DNA of 38,742 nt from an uncultured archaeon (GTDB lineage: Archaea > Asgardarchaeota > Thorarchaeia > Thorarchaeales > Thorarchaeaceae), in the NCBI GenBank assembly GCA_964610875.1, contig CAZSWP010000035.1, positions 1-38,742 of the forward strand, read 5' to 3'. The notes under the pieces are model-generated. The model was not told where the DNA came from. It saw only the letters and a list, made by a program, of their open reading frames with translations, and did not search any database. Of the stretch, positions 1-8,724 are shown in pieces. Made by a program: the position numbers and the translations under genes. Every line of letters starts with the position of its first letter. Position 1 is the stretch's first letter.

Positions 1-63
1 ACCGTTGCTGGGCGGACTGCCTAGACTCCATGTCCAGGTTTGTCCAGAAAACAATCAACGGTT
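1..63 (+). repeat. Hairpin-forming repeat element, left copy (probable end of a multicopy mobile element/MITE)
   Basis: Positions 9-63 are the reverse complement of 38688-38742 except for 3 nt. Self-complementary: 1-7/56-62, 8-17/38-47 (3 G-T pairs), 21-26/32-37. It interrupts the aminotransferase gene. Confidence 0.85.
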
Positions 64-621
64 ATTGATCACAATGAGTTTCTGTATCCCATTATATGAT
101 AAGCAATTCCGTAATGCTTGTTCAAGATTATCATTAGTGAGTCTATAACCTTCACTAGATTCCGTCTTAATATAATGCACTCGTTTCCCCAAGATATGAG
201 CATGTTCATCATAGCTCACCCAACAAGGCGTTGGTAGGAAGAGTGGGCCTTTCAGAGACATCATTGTGTTGAAAAGAAGTGCCTTTGAACCGGGACCGAT
301 GAGGACTTGATCAGGCGTGTATCTCAATCCATAGATGCGTTCATAGAATAATGATACCTGTTCCCTGAGTGCAAGAACACCTTGGGTGGGCAAGTAACTG
401 CGTTGGTCAGCATTCTCACAAAGGGCATTCTTGATGAGTGGGTGTATTGGGAATGGGGACTCGCCAAATCCTAAGTGATATACCTGTTCGCCTGCTTTCC
501 GTTTTTGCAAAATCATCTCATTCATTGCCAAAGTTGCCGATGGTTTCATCCTCTCACTGACTGACGATGTACGCAAGAAATCACCTGACCTGTAATTAGA
601 ACTATTTTTTCGATTACTCAT
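55..621 (-). pseudogene. Class I/II PLP-dependent (aspartate-type) aminotransferase, 5' half only, truncated by the terminal repeat
   Basis: Motifs PSATLAMNE, HLGFGESPF, Y.PTQG..ALRE, IGPGSKALL, PTPCWVSY. Ends at LIVINN-R-stop where N(P)NNPTG is expected; the stop lies inside the repeat. Confidence 0.85.
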
Positions 622-749
622 GTTGATAAAAACTGGATGGAGTATGCCAACTCTAGTTATCAGAGATTCTACGACATATTGCGAAACAAAAACTAGAATT
701 CTTATTGCTGTTATATTATTGATTGTCCATCAATTATGGTGATGTTTCC

Positions 750-1571
750 ATGGACAAACTCATAATTACTATCGCCCCAACTGGATCTGTTCCTAGAAGG
801 AGTCATTCCCCCTATCTGCCAGTGACATCTGATGAGATTGCTGATGCTGCCTATCTCTGTGAGCAAGAGGGAGCATCAATAATTCATGTTCATTGTCGTG
901 ATAAGAATGAGAACCCAACTTCAAATTATGAGGTGTTCAAAGAAACTGTAGATAAGATACGAAAACGAACGGATCTTATCATTATGGTTTCTACTAGTGG
1001 TGTTGCAGGAACGACTGATGAAGACCGTGCAGAGCCATTAAGAGTCAAGCCCGAGCTAGCTAGCCTCACCACAGGCTCACTCAATTTTGCAGGCAGAAAT
1101 CCATCACTTGTTTATTCTAATTCATGGGAGACCGTGACATATCTTGCAAAGAGAATGTTAGAGCTAGATATCAAACCAGAACTAGAGGCATTTGATGTCG
1201 GTTTCATTGCACAAGGAGAGAAATTACTTAATCAAGGCCTGGTGAAAAAGCCCTGTCTGTTTCAACTTGTCATGGGTGTGGATGGAGGTATACCGGGTAC
1301 ACAGGAGAACCTTCTGCATATGGTACGACAGATTCCATCCGAAACCATATTCACTGTTGCGGGTGTTGGAAGGTCACAATTGCCTATGACTACCATGTCA
1401 ATATTACTTGGTGGACATGTCAGGGTAGGACTTGAGGATAACCTCTACTATCGAAAAGGGGAACTCACTTCCAATGAGAGATTCGTTGCAAGATGCCGAA
1501 GAACAGCGGAGGAGCTTGGCAGAGAGTTGGCAAGCCCAGATGATGTGAGAGAAATTTTGAATCTCAAATAA
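750..1571 (+). CDS. kce: 3-keto-5-aminohexanoate cleavage enzyme family (BKACE/DUF849)
   Basis: KLIITIAPTG, GASIIHVHCRD, KPELEAFD, GGHVRVGLEDN. ATG at 750 is preceded by GGTGA (ORF track start 723). Confidence 0.9.
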   Translation: MDKLIITIAPTGSVPRRSHSPYLPVTSDEIADAAYLCEQEGASIIHVHCRDKNENPTSNYEVFKETVDKIRKRTDLIIMVSTSGVAGTTDEDRAEPLRVKPELASLTTGSLNFAGRNPSLVYSNSWETVTYLAKRMLELDIKPELEAFDVGFIAQGEKLLNQGLVKKPCLFQLVMGVDGGIPGTQENLLHMVRQIPSETIFTVAGVGRSQLPMTTMSILLGGHVRVGLEDNLYYRKGELTSNERFVARCRRTAEELGRELASPDDVREILNLK

Positions 1572-1643
1572 AGATAAGATTGGTTTGAAATGTGAGGGGG
1601 AAGTCATCCATCTAACTAGGTCGAGGCGGTGTTGTGATGGATT

Positions 1644-2348
1644 CTAAGCTTTCAATACTTTCAATTGGTAATCTATCAATTCTTTGATGCCTTTGTGTGC
1701 AAGGTCAAGCAGGTCATTCAAAGTATCTCTTGAAAATGTACCCTGTTCCCCAGTGCCCTGCACCTCGACATATTCATCGTCAAGCATTACTACATTCATA
1801 TCAACTTCAGCTTGGGAATCTTCGACATAACAAAGGTCTAACATATTTTCTCCTTCAACAACACCTACACTGACTGCAGCTACATTTCCGATGAGTGGTA
1901 AGTCTGGAATCATGTCCATATCAACCATATATGACAAGGCATCACAGAGGGCGACATATGCACCGGTGATTGCTGCTGTACGTGTGCCACCATCAGCTTG
2001 AATCACATCACAATCAATGCGAACTTGATGTTCTGATATTCTATTCAGATCAACAGCAGCCCTGAGAGACCGGCCGATCAAGCGTTGAATCTCCTGAGTC
2101 CGTCCGCTGACACGATAACGGTTCGTTCTATCTGTTGTCGCCCGAGGTAACATACCGTATTCTGCTGTGACCCATCCTTGTCCAGCTCCATTTAGCCAAC
2201 CAGGGACTTTTTCTTCTACAGTTGCAGTACAGATGATTTTCGTATCACCAGTAGATATGAGAACAGAACCTTCTGGATGTTTCAGATAATCTCTTATGAT
2301 TTCGATTGGTCGCAGAGCGTCATTTGGTCTATTATCTTGACGGGTCAT
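1644..2348 (-). CDS. rph: Ribonuclease PH (bacterial type)
   Basis: [70 protein letters not shown]. Confidence 0.93.
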   Translation of the reverse strand: MTRQDNRPNDALRPIEIIRDYLKHPEGSVLISTGDTKIICTATVEEKVPGWLNGAGQGWVTAEYGMLPRATTDRTNRYRVSGRTQEIQRLIGRSLRAAVDLNRISEHQVRIDCDVIQADGGTRTAAITGAYVALCDALSYMVDMDMIPDLPLIGNVAAVSVGVVEGENMLDLCYVEDSQAEVDMNVVMLDDEYVEVQGTGEQGTFSRDTLNDLLDLAHKGIKELIDYQLKVLKA

Positions 2349-2520
2349 GTTAGGGCCACAATGGTTTTGCTAGGAAACCCACTATTAATGATGTCGGGTA
2401 ATCCAAAAATAGGAAAAACCAGAAGTATTATTGTCACCTATGCTATAATGAACAACGTACATTCATATTGTACTGTGAGGATTATGCATCATTAAGCAGA
2501 GAGGAAGTGTAGTCTGAAGT

Positions 2521-3552
2521 ATGATGGACCTTCACCGAAGATTTGATGCCGCACTCCATGATACGGTGGAGGAGTGGAAAAAAAGAGAGGAAGTCAAAGG
2601 GATCTTCACTTATGGTTCTGTAGTCAGGGGTACTGCTACAACTAGCTCTGATCTTGACATCTGTATGGTCTGGGATGGTTCTGAAGCGCCAGCCAGACTA
2701 ATGGCAGAACACAAAGGTGTCGTTGTGGACATGGACTTTGTCACTCCTTCTGATATTAACACTGTTCTTGATGGTGAAGCAGAAACAGCATTTCAAATTG
2801 CGGGTGTGATCAGTAGACTTAGAGAAGCGCGTGTGCAGTACGATACAGATGGCATGTTACGTGATTGGCTTAAGAGAGCTTCAAAATATACATGGCCAAG
2901 CAATATGGTGGAGAATACAAAACGGGATGCTAAAGAAGCATTACAGTTTGCAGAGAGATATCTGGAGAGCAATGATCCTGCAAGCGCAACCCATGAGTTG
3001 AGGAAGGGGTTGTTTGAGCTCGGTCGAGTTGTGGTGATGAAGAACCAGATATTCTCTATTATTAAACCTTCAGAAGTCCTTTCCGAAGTGAGAATGTTGG
3101 ATCCTATGATGTATCAGCTTTTCCTTCGAACATTCAAATTAAAAGGATTTGAAGAGGAGAACCTGTTAGAGATTCTTTCCGATGTTAATGACTGGTTGAA
3201 GATTGCAGTGGATAGATTTGAACAGGCAGAAAATATCTCACTCGATGAGTCAGTTGTTACACATCTCACTCAAGCTCAACGTTATTATTATGGATCAAAA
3301 GCACTGACATTGAATGGAGAATATGAACTGGCCGTACTTGAGATGCGACGATCGATTTCCATGATAGGCCGGGCTTTTCTTGCTCTTGGAGGTAATCCGC
3401 TGCAAAAAGATGAATCACTGATATCTAGAGTTAGAGAAGAAGAACCGGTGTTCTATGAGAAGATAATGTTGGAATATGGGGATTATGACTTACAACCAGC
3501 CGGTGTAAAACGAGGCATAAGTGAAGCATCATTTCTTGCAAAGCGCTTATAG
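2521..3552 (+). CDS. Pol-beta-superfamily minimal nucleotidyltransferase fused to two HEPN-like helical bundles
   Basis: GIFTYGSVVRG..TTSSDLDI plus a third acidic strand (VDMDF). Two segments match HEPN N-terminal helices (AKEALQFAERYLESNDPASATHELRK; LTQAQRYYYGSKALTLNGEYELAVLEMRRS). Confidence 0.7.
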   Translation: MMDLHRRFDAALHDTVEEWKKREEVKGIFTYGSVVRGTATTSSDLDICMVWDGSEAPARLMAEHKGVVVDMDFVTPSDINTVLDGEAETAFQIAGVISRLREARVQYDTDGMLRDWLKRASKYTWPSNMVENTKRDAKEALQFAERYLESNDPASATHELRKGLFELGRVVVMKNQIFSIIKPSEVLSEVRMLDPMMYQLFLRTFKLKGFEEENLLEILSDVNDWLKIAVDRFEQAENISLDESVVTHLTQAQRYYYGSKALTLNGEYELAVLEMRRSISMIGRAFLALGGNPLQKDESLISRVREEEPVFYEKIMLEYGDYDLQPAGVKRGISEASFLAKRL

Positions 3553-3594
3553 ATAGAGCTAGATTGATTAGATGGCCAGCAAAAATCTTCTTAG

Positions 3595-4326
3595 GTGCAA
3601 AGAATGTCTGGTCCCCCTGTGGAAATAATCAATCTTGAAACAGTTCCTTTGACGAGGGAGAAGCAAAATATTCTGCTAGAAGAATTTGAGATCTATTTTA
3701 AAGCAACCAATACAACAATTAGGACGGTTCTCAAAAACCATCTCACCTCAGCGAGTAAAACTATTGAATTACTCAAATATCCTCTTGCAGAAAAACTCAT
3801 TTTCAGTGATATTGCGAGTGGGAGTGAAGAAACAAAACGAAGTCAGCAGATACTTCAATTCGCTAAACGTTTTGATTATGGCATTGTAACAAAGGTTGTT
3901 CAGCAAAATGCAAGCTCACCTGAACCTATCTATCATGAGTTTACAAACGCGTATCTTGAACAGTTTACAGCAGATGTTGTCAAGACTGCCAGAGTAGAGA
4001 TAGGTCGACACAGAAAGATGGCGAAGATAGTAAGGAGTATGAGAGATAAGACTCCGCATTTTAAGCGTGGCCGATTGATTCTATCTGGAATTTTAGTCTG
4101 GGTTGATGAAAAAACAGTGAGACTGATGACCACAAGCGGTGAACTTCTTCCACTTCCTTTTGACAAGCGAACCAGAAATAGAGAGAAAGACATACTCGTC
4201 AAACTAGAGGAAGAAGAAAAAAATGATAAGACAGGGAATAAAAGACTCTATGACCGAGTAAGAATAACATGGAATGATGAAGGTTACGCAAATGTGGATA
4301 TCCGTGTAGATAAATTCAGTTTATGA
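3595..4326 (+). CDS. TnpB/Cas12f-like N-terminal lobe (WED+REC) protein lacking RuvC
   Basis: Ordered TnpB-like elements: LTREKQNILLEEFEIYFKATN, helical REC, KTPHFKR, VRLMTTSGELLPLPF, terminal hairpin RVRITWNDEGYANVDIRV. No GVDLG RuvC-I motif and no zinc finger. Confidence 0.6.
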   Translation: MQRMSGPPVEIINLETVPLTREKQNILLEEFEIYFKATNTTIRTVLKNHLTSASKTIELLKYPLAEKLIFSDIASGSEETKRSQQILQFAKRFDYGIVTKVVQQNASSPEPIYHEFTNAYLEQFTADVVKTARVEIGRHRKMAKIVRSMRDKTPHFKRGRLILSGILVWVDEKTVRLMTTSGELLPLPFDKRTRNREKDILVKLEEEEKNDKTGNKRLYDRVRITWNDEGYANVDIRVDKFSL

Positions 4327-4327
4327 C

Positions 4328-5218
4328 CTAAGTATCAAAGGTCCATGAACGGACTGCACCTGAGAAGTCAGCAGTATAAAATTGACCACCTTGAGGGTTC
4401 CAAACCAAATCGGATATTCCGGTTTCAACATATCCGGTGTCAATAATGCCTTTCGTTGCCAAATCCCATACCTTCACTTTACGGTCCCAACTACCAGTTG
4501 CCAGAAACTGACCGTTAGGACTGACAGCTAAAGTACTCACTATGTCTGAATGGGCTTTTATTTCAGACCTATTTCTAGTATTTTCAATCGATACTATTCT
4601 TACAGATCCGTTATGGAGCCCAGCTAGAATATTCCCATCATCATGCATGATGTCAAACGAACGGATTCTATGTTTTTGTCGTAAAATGTTCTTTACAAGT
4701 TCAAATGAAGACATATCCCAAAGCTTGACACTACCATCCCAAGAGGCAGTGAGCATATACGCCCCATCAGAAGTGAATGAAATTCCTGAAATATCACGTT
4801 GATGAGCCTCCAGATTTCTAATACATTTCAATCGGTTCAGTGAAAAAATCTTAACAATTCCATCTCTTGTTCCGGCAGCCCCTTTGGAAGACTCTTCGTG
4901 CACATTCAGAGATTTTATCTCAGATGAGTGAGATAACACTGACTCGTTCTGTACTCCCTTTGCACTTTTCCAGGATCGTGCAGTACAGTCCCAGCTGCCT
5001 GTCAATAGCCTAGCCCCTTTGTCTAGGAATGCAAGGGAAGATATCATGCCTTCATGACCAGAGAGCGCTCTGCGTGGTCTGCCATTTTTTGCACTCAAAA
5101 GTAAAACCTGTGCATTAATGTTACCACATGCCAACCTTTTGTTGAGGATGTCTACAGCAATTTTTGTAATTGGTGGAGGGGGATTACCAGGAGGTCGGTA
5201 GAGAATTGTATCTTCCAC
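4328..5218 (-). CDS. WD40-repeat beta-propeller protein
   Basis: Repeated GH/AH...TGSWD...WD units (LSGHEG..LLTGSWD; LEAHQR..TASWDGSVKLWD; KAHSD..LATGSWDRKVKVWD). Confidence 0.93.
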   Translation of the reverse strand: MEDTILYRPPGNPPPPITKIAVDILNKRLACGNINAQVLLLSAKNGRPRRALSGHEGMISSLAFLDKGARLLTGSWDCTARSWKSAKGVQNESVLSHSSEIKSLNVHEESSKGAAGTRDGIVKIFSLNRLKCIRNLEAHQRDISGISFTSDGAYMLTASWDGSVKLWDMSSFELVKNILRQKHRIRSFDIMHDDGNILAGLHNGSVRIVSIENTRNRSEIKAHSDIVSTLAVSPNGQFLATGSWDRKVKVWDLATKGIIDTGYVETGISDLVWNPQGGQFYTADFSGAVRSWTFDT

Positions 5219-5279
5219 TTATATCACCTAGACAAAGACTTCAAAGATATATCTGGGAGTTTTGGAATAAAAGTGTGTA

Positions 5280-6290
5280 TCACATGCGGTATCGTCTTCG
5301 AGCCAAAAAGATAATGACAATGGCCATGACACCTATAATGATTGATACATAGAGCAGGACGGGACTTTCTTGCTCAAATGGTGTTGTTTGCGTTAGCTGT
5401 TGGATAAGAAATGTTTCAATCACTGAGCCAACCACCTCCAAGCTACTACCACTACACTTGTCAGGGGTATCCTCTCGAGTGTGCCAATACCATGGGAAGG
5501 GGGTTTGAATGATATCAAGTGCAGGAATACCTGCATCAAGAAACGGTCGATGGTCATCAATAATTGTTGAACCAGTCTGATTCAGAAATACATCTGAATG
5601 ACCGAGCTCTGCAGCAATGTGCCAGACTTCATTTTGGAGTGTATCTGTTGATGAGATTTCTTTAGGAAGTTGTAAACTGGCATCGCCAACCATATCAAGA
5701 AGAAGCATCGCTCTTACACTATTTTTGCGTAACGTGTCAAGCTGGTCGACATAATATGTTGAGCCAACAATCCAGTCCCAACCATTTATGCGACCTGAAT
5801 CTTCAGCATCGAAAAATACCAACTCTACGATATGGCGGTCCTGTTGGGGCAGTATTCTCGCCAGCTCAAGAAGAATTGCAACTCCACTAGCGCCATCATT
5901 TGCTCCAAGAACTGGATAGGTCCGGTTTGAAGGAGAGGGATCGTTATCGGCAAGAGGCCGGGTATCATAATGAGCGCCGAGAACAAGTGGGGCAGTATTT
6001 GGATTTTCAATATATGCAATTATGTTTGAACAATTTGTCCCGAGATACGTAAAATTCTGAAATCTGACCTCCCATCCAAAGCTAACAAGCATGTCAGCAA
6101 TATACCTTCGGCATTGAGTCAGATTGTCCGAACCCGGAGGTCTTGGACCAAAAGCACATTGTGCCTCAAGATGTACAAATGCGCTATCACCATCGAATAA
6201 CGGAGTGTGCTGTGCTGTAGCAGTTGGTACAAAAACAAAGAACATAGATAGAAAAAGTAATGCTACAACAACAGATCTCAAGAGAATCAC
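5280..6290 (-). CDS. Membrane-anchored M28 family peptidase / glutaminyl cyclase-like protein
   Basis: Signal peptide; FGPRPPGS, LGAHYDTRP, GANDGASGVA, FFDAEDSG, LLDMVGD, DDHRPF, WHT.EDT; C-terminal TM plus RRR tail. Start is probably GTG 6290 or TTG 6281. Confidence 0.88.
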   Translation of the reverse strand: MILLRSVVVALLFLSMFFVFVPTATAQHTPLFDGDSAFVHLEAQCAFGPRPPGSDNLTQCRRYIADMLVSFGWEVRFQNFTYLGTNCSNIIAYIENPNTAPLVLGAHYDTRPLADNDPSPSNRTYPVLGANDGASGVAILLELARILPQQDRHIVELVFFDAEDSGRINGWDWIVGSTYYVDQLDTLRKNSVRAMLLLDMVGDASLQLPKEISSTDTLQNEVWHIAAELGHSDVFLNQTGSTIIDDHRPFLDAGIPALDIIQTPFPWYWHTREDTPDKCSGSSLEVVGSVIETFLIQQLTQTTPFEQESPVLLYVSIIIGVMAIVIIFLARRRYRM

Positions 6291-6325
6291 TACAAACGAG
6301 AGGTCATTTCTGCCTATCAACATTT

Positions 6326-6791
6326 TCAATGTGAATGATTTATTCTGTTGTTGACTAATGTTCGTATTATTTTTTGGTAATTCGCGAGGAAACCTACGAA
6401 TAATTGTAGAAGGGATATCAGAATATCCAATCTCACCCCTAGCAAGCATTGCCATGATATCAGATGCCATTTTGTGCCCTTGAACTCGCGGTAGGAACTC
6501 ATCAAATATATTCCTGAAAACAGTAACTCCAATTAATTTGTCTGATTTGAACTCTGCAGAGTCATTATTCGGCCAAAGAAACCGAAGACCGTAGATCTTC
6601 TGTTCAACAATATTCCTAGGAATTTCACCAGAAATAATCTGGAGTCCTCTGTACATCACTGCTCCGCCACATGGCTTGTCCCGAGGGAGTGTGCACTTCT
6701 CTAGCAGAACTGTCTTTAGTCCTCTTTTAGTACATTCGTAGGCTGCAATAGACCCAGCTGGTCCAGCTCCCACAACCACTACATCATACAA
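6326..6791 (-). pseudogene. Geranylgeranyl reductase family FAD oxidoreductase with a large internal deletion and a 3' frameshift
   Basis: The N-terminal ~100 aa (DVVVVGAGPAG, PRDKPCGG, R..FDEFL) are joined directly to a C-terminal-like segment. Removing one base from the T6 run at 6370-6375 gives a natural end (PKIIRTLVNNRINHSH-stop). Confidence 0.75.
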
Positions 6792-6884
6792 TTCGGTTGA
6801 TTTCCTCCAGAATCACACCGCAGAGTCATAATCACCCTTCCCCTATTGCTATATGCTTGGATTTGTTTTTGTGTTTAACGCCCT

Positions 6885-7544
6885 CTATATGTCTCGACAT
6901 GTTTCACAGCCAACACGAGGTCTAAGACCGAGACGACGCATAATTTTTCCTCCAGGTAGTTCATCTTCATGGGGTGTTTTATTTGGTTCCATGGGAATCT
7001 CTCGTCTTCCCACTTCTTCAAATCCGTATGCTTGGATCAGCATTTTAGAAGGGGTGTTCTCTTCATATACTTCGCAATATACTTCATCAACACCTGCATC
7101 AATGAAGAATTCAGCAGCCTTTCTAATCAGTGCAGTAGCAACACCTCTTCGACGCCTACTTGGGAGAACACCAATTCCCGTAATCTCGCCATAGAATGAG
7201 TCTTCGTCCTTTTCAACAAAACATGCAATGAACCCTGCAAGAGTGTCCCACATCTCTGCAACGTATACGCTCTCAGTATCAAGCTTTAATGCCTCTTCAG
7301 TTGTCAATGGACAGAAGGGATCGGGCGATGCTAAGAAGCATTTATTGTAGACCTCTACAAATTCGTCAATCTCATCTTTGTGAAGATTTCTTACATGAAC
7401 ATAACGTGGGATTTCTTTATTCTCCCACCATTCAGCAGCCAGTTCCAATGCTTCTTCGGCATCAGCCTTCATAATCAAATAGGATCGAGGTTCTTGTCCC
7501 ATACCACTAGAAGCATTACCAGACGACACCAAAACCATCTCCAA
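6885..7544 (-). CDS. GNAT family N-acetyltransferase
   Basis: GIGVLPSRRRRGVATALI acetyl-CoA motif; EVYEENTPS..YGF; C-terminal CxxC. The true start may be ATG 7472. Confidence 0.88.
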   Translation of the reverse strand: MEMVLVSSGNASSGMGQEPRSYLIMKADAEEALELAAEWWENKEIPRYVHVRNLHKDEIDEFVEVYNKCFLASPDPFCPLTTEEALKLDTESVYVAEMWDTLAGFIACFVEKDEDSFYGEITGIGVLPSRRRRGVATALIRKAAEFFIDAGVDEVYCEVYEENTPSKMLIQAYGFEEVGRREIPMEPNKTPHEDELPGGKIMRRLGLRPRVGCETCRDI

Positions 7545-7559
7545 TATGAGAAGTTCATG

Positions 7560-8333
7560 CTATGCATAAAGTCGATCTATGGCTTTCACTGTAGCTTCAA
7601 TTTCCTTATCAACAGCTTCAATCATAAGTGGATCTTGTTCGCCACTCTTCTCCTCAGGAGTTTCTTGTTCAGATTTCTGCCCCGTGTGAAGATTGCCATC
7701 ACATGCGAGAATTGAAGCAGCTCTCAGTCCATGAGTACTAGCAAACACGAATAATAGAGATGTTTCCATTTCCACACACTTCACATTCGCTTTTGTCCAG
7801 ATGTCCAACATGTTACACTGCTCTGAAACATAATAGATATCGCTTGTCCAACAGATTCCACTATGTATCCGTTCTCTTGGTAGTAGTTTGTTGATTTCTT
7901 CATATAATGCTAGATACAACTCAGGGTCCGCGACTGCGGGATATTCCATTGGAGCATAGTTCAGACCAGTCCTCTCGTCGCGCACTGCTCCAGTTACAAC
8001 AACAACATCACCTGTTTTCACATCAAGTCCAACCCCTCCGCAACTTCCTACACGAATGAAGGTTTCAGCATCAAGGTTAGCTAACTCTTCAATACAGATA
8101 TGCGTGCTTCCCGTACCCATTCCAGTCCCTGAGATAGTAACTGGCACACCTTTGGGAGTGTATGCACGATATGTCACAAGTCCTCTATAACGTGCTACTT
8201 CTTCTGAGTCATTCATTTTGGACGCGATAACGGGTATTCGATCAGGATTACCAGCGATTAAAACAACCTTTTCGACATCACCCTCTCCAACTCTAAGATG
8301 AGGTTGCACTCTGCGCTTCATAATCAACACCAA
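7560..8333 (-). CDS. udp: Nucleoside (uridine) phosphorylase, PNP/UDP family
   Basis: AGNPDR, TGMGTGS, IRVGSCGG, GAVRDE, VEMETS. Confidence 0.85.
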   Translation of the reverse strand: MVLIMKRRVQPHLRVGEGDVEKVVLIAGNPDRIPVIASKMNDSEEVARYRGLVTYRAYTPKGVPVTISGTGMGTGSTHICIEELANLDAETFIRVGSCGGVGLDVKTGDVVVVTGAVRDERTGLNYAPMEYPAVADPELYLALYEEINKLLPRERIHSGICWTSDIYYVSEQCNMLDIWTKANVKCVEMETSLLFVFASTHGLRAASILACDGNLHTGQKSEQETPEEKSGEQDPLMIEAVDKEIEATVKAIDRLYA

Positions 8334-8377
8334 TATTTGTTAGACCGAAGTCCCTTTTCACTCTTGGCCTTTTCTTC

Positions 8378-8602
8378 CTAGCAATCTACGGAGTTGATTC
8401 GTTTAATCACACACCCAACACATATCCACTTCTCTGAGATGCGAAAGACCTTCCCATATTCAGGTGTAAGAGCATGACACTCCTCGCATTTGCCGAATTG
8501 GTGTTGATAGTTCTCAGAGAGAAACACAATCAATAGCGATGCAAGTTTGATAGATTCTCTCACAATATGCATTAGTTGTTCACTACTCATGTGTGATATC
8601 AT
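8378..8602 (-). CDS. Small putative zinc-finger protein (or gene remnant)
   Basis: CEEC...CVGC pair in a 74-aa ORF that fills an intergenic gap. Confidence 0.45.
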   Translation of the reverse strand: MISHMSSEQLMHIVRESIKLASLLIVFLSENYQHQFGKCEECHALTPEYGKVFRISEKWICVGCVIKRINSVDC

Positions 8603-8724
8603 TACTGTGATATATTAGCACCACAAGATGTGTTGATTTCTCGAATCAATAGCTTTTTGTCAGGGATGGCAGAGGGAGAAGATATCTGTCAGAAAGGCAT
8701 CTGATGAGAATTTGGTGTTGACTC

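Noticed and set aside
6-19. TGGGCGGAC resembles the Tn7 terminus TGTGGGCGGACA
   Set aside because: No terminal TGT in register, no array of TnsB sites, no tns genes; a 9-nt match is plausibly chance.
4-59. GTTG...CAAC ends reminiscent of a CRISPR repeat or integron attC
   Set aside because: Too long and not arrayed with spacers; no cas or integrase genes; the GTT/AAC order is opposite to attC.
5280-6791. Novel GGR-peptidase fusion enzyme
   Set aside because: Most of the GGR is missing, the signal peptide is internal, and a single-base frameshift explains the read-through.
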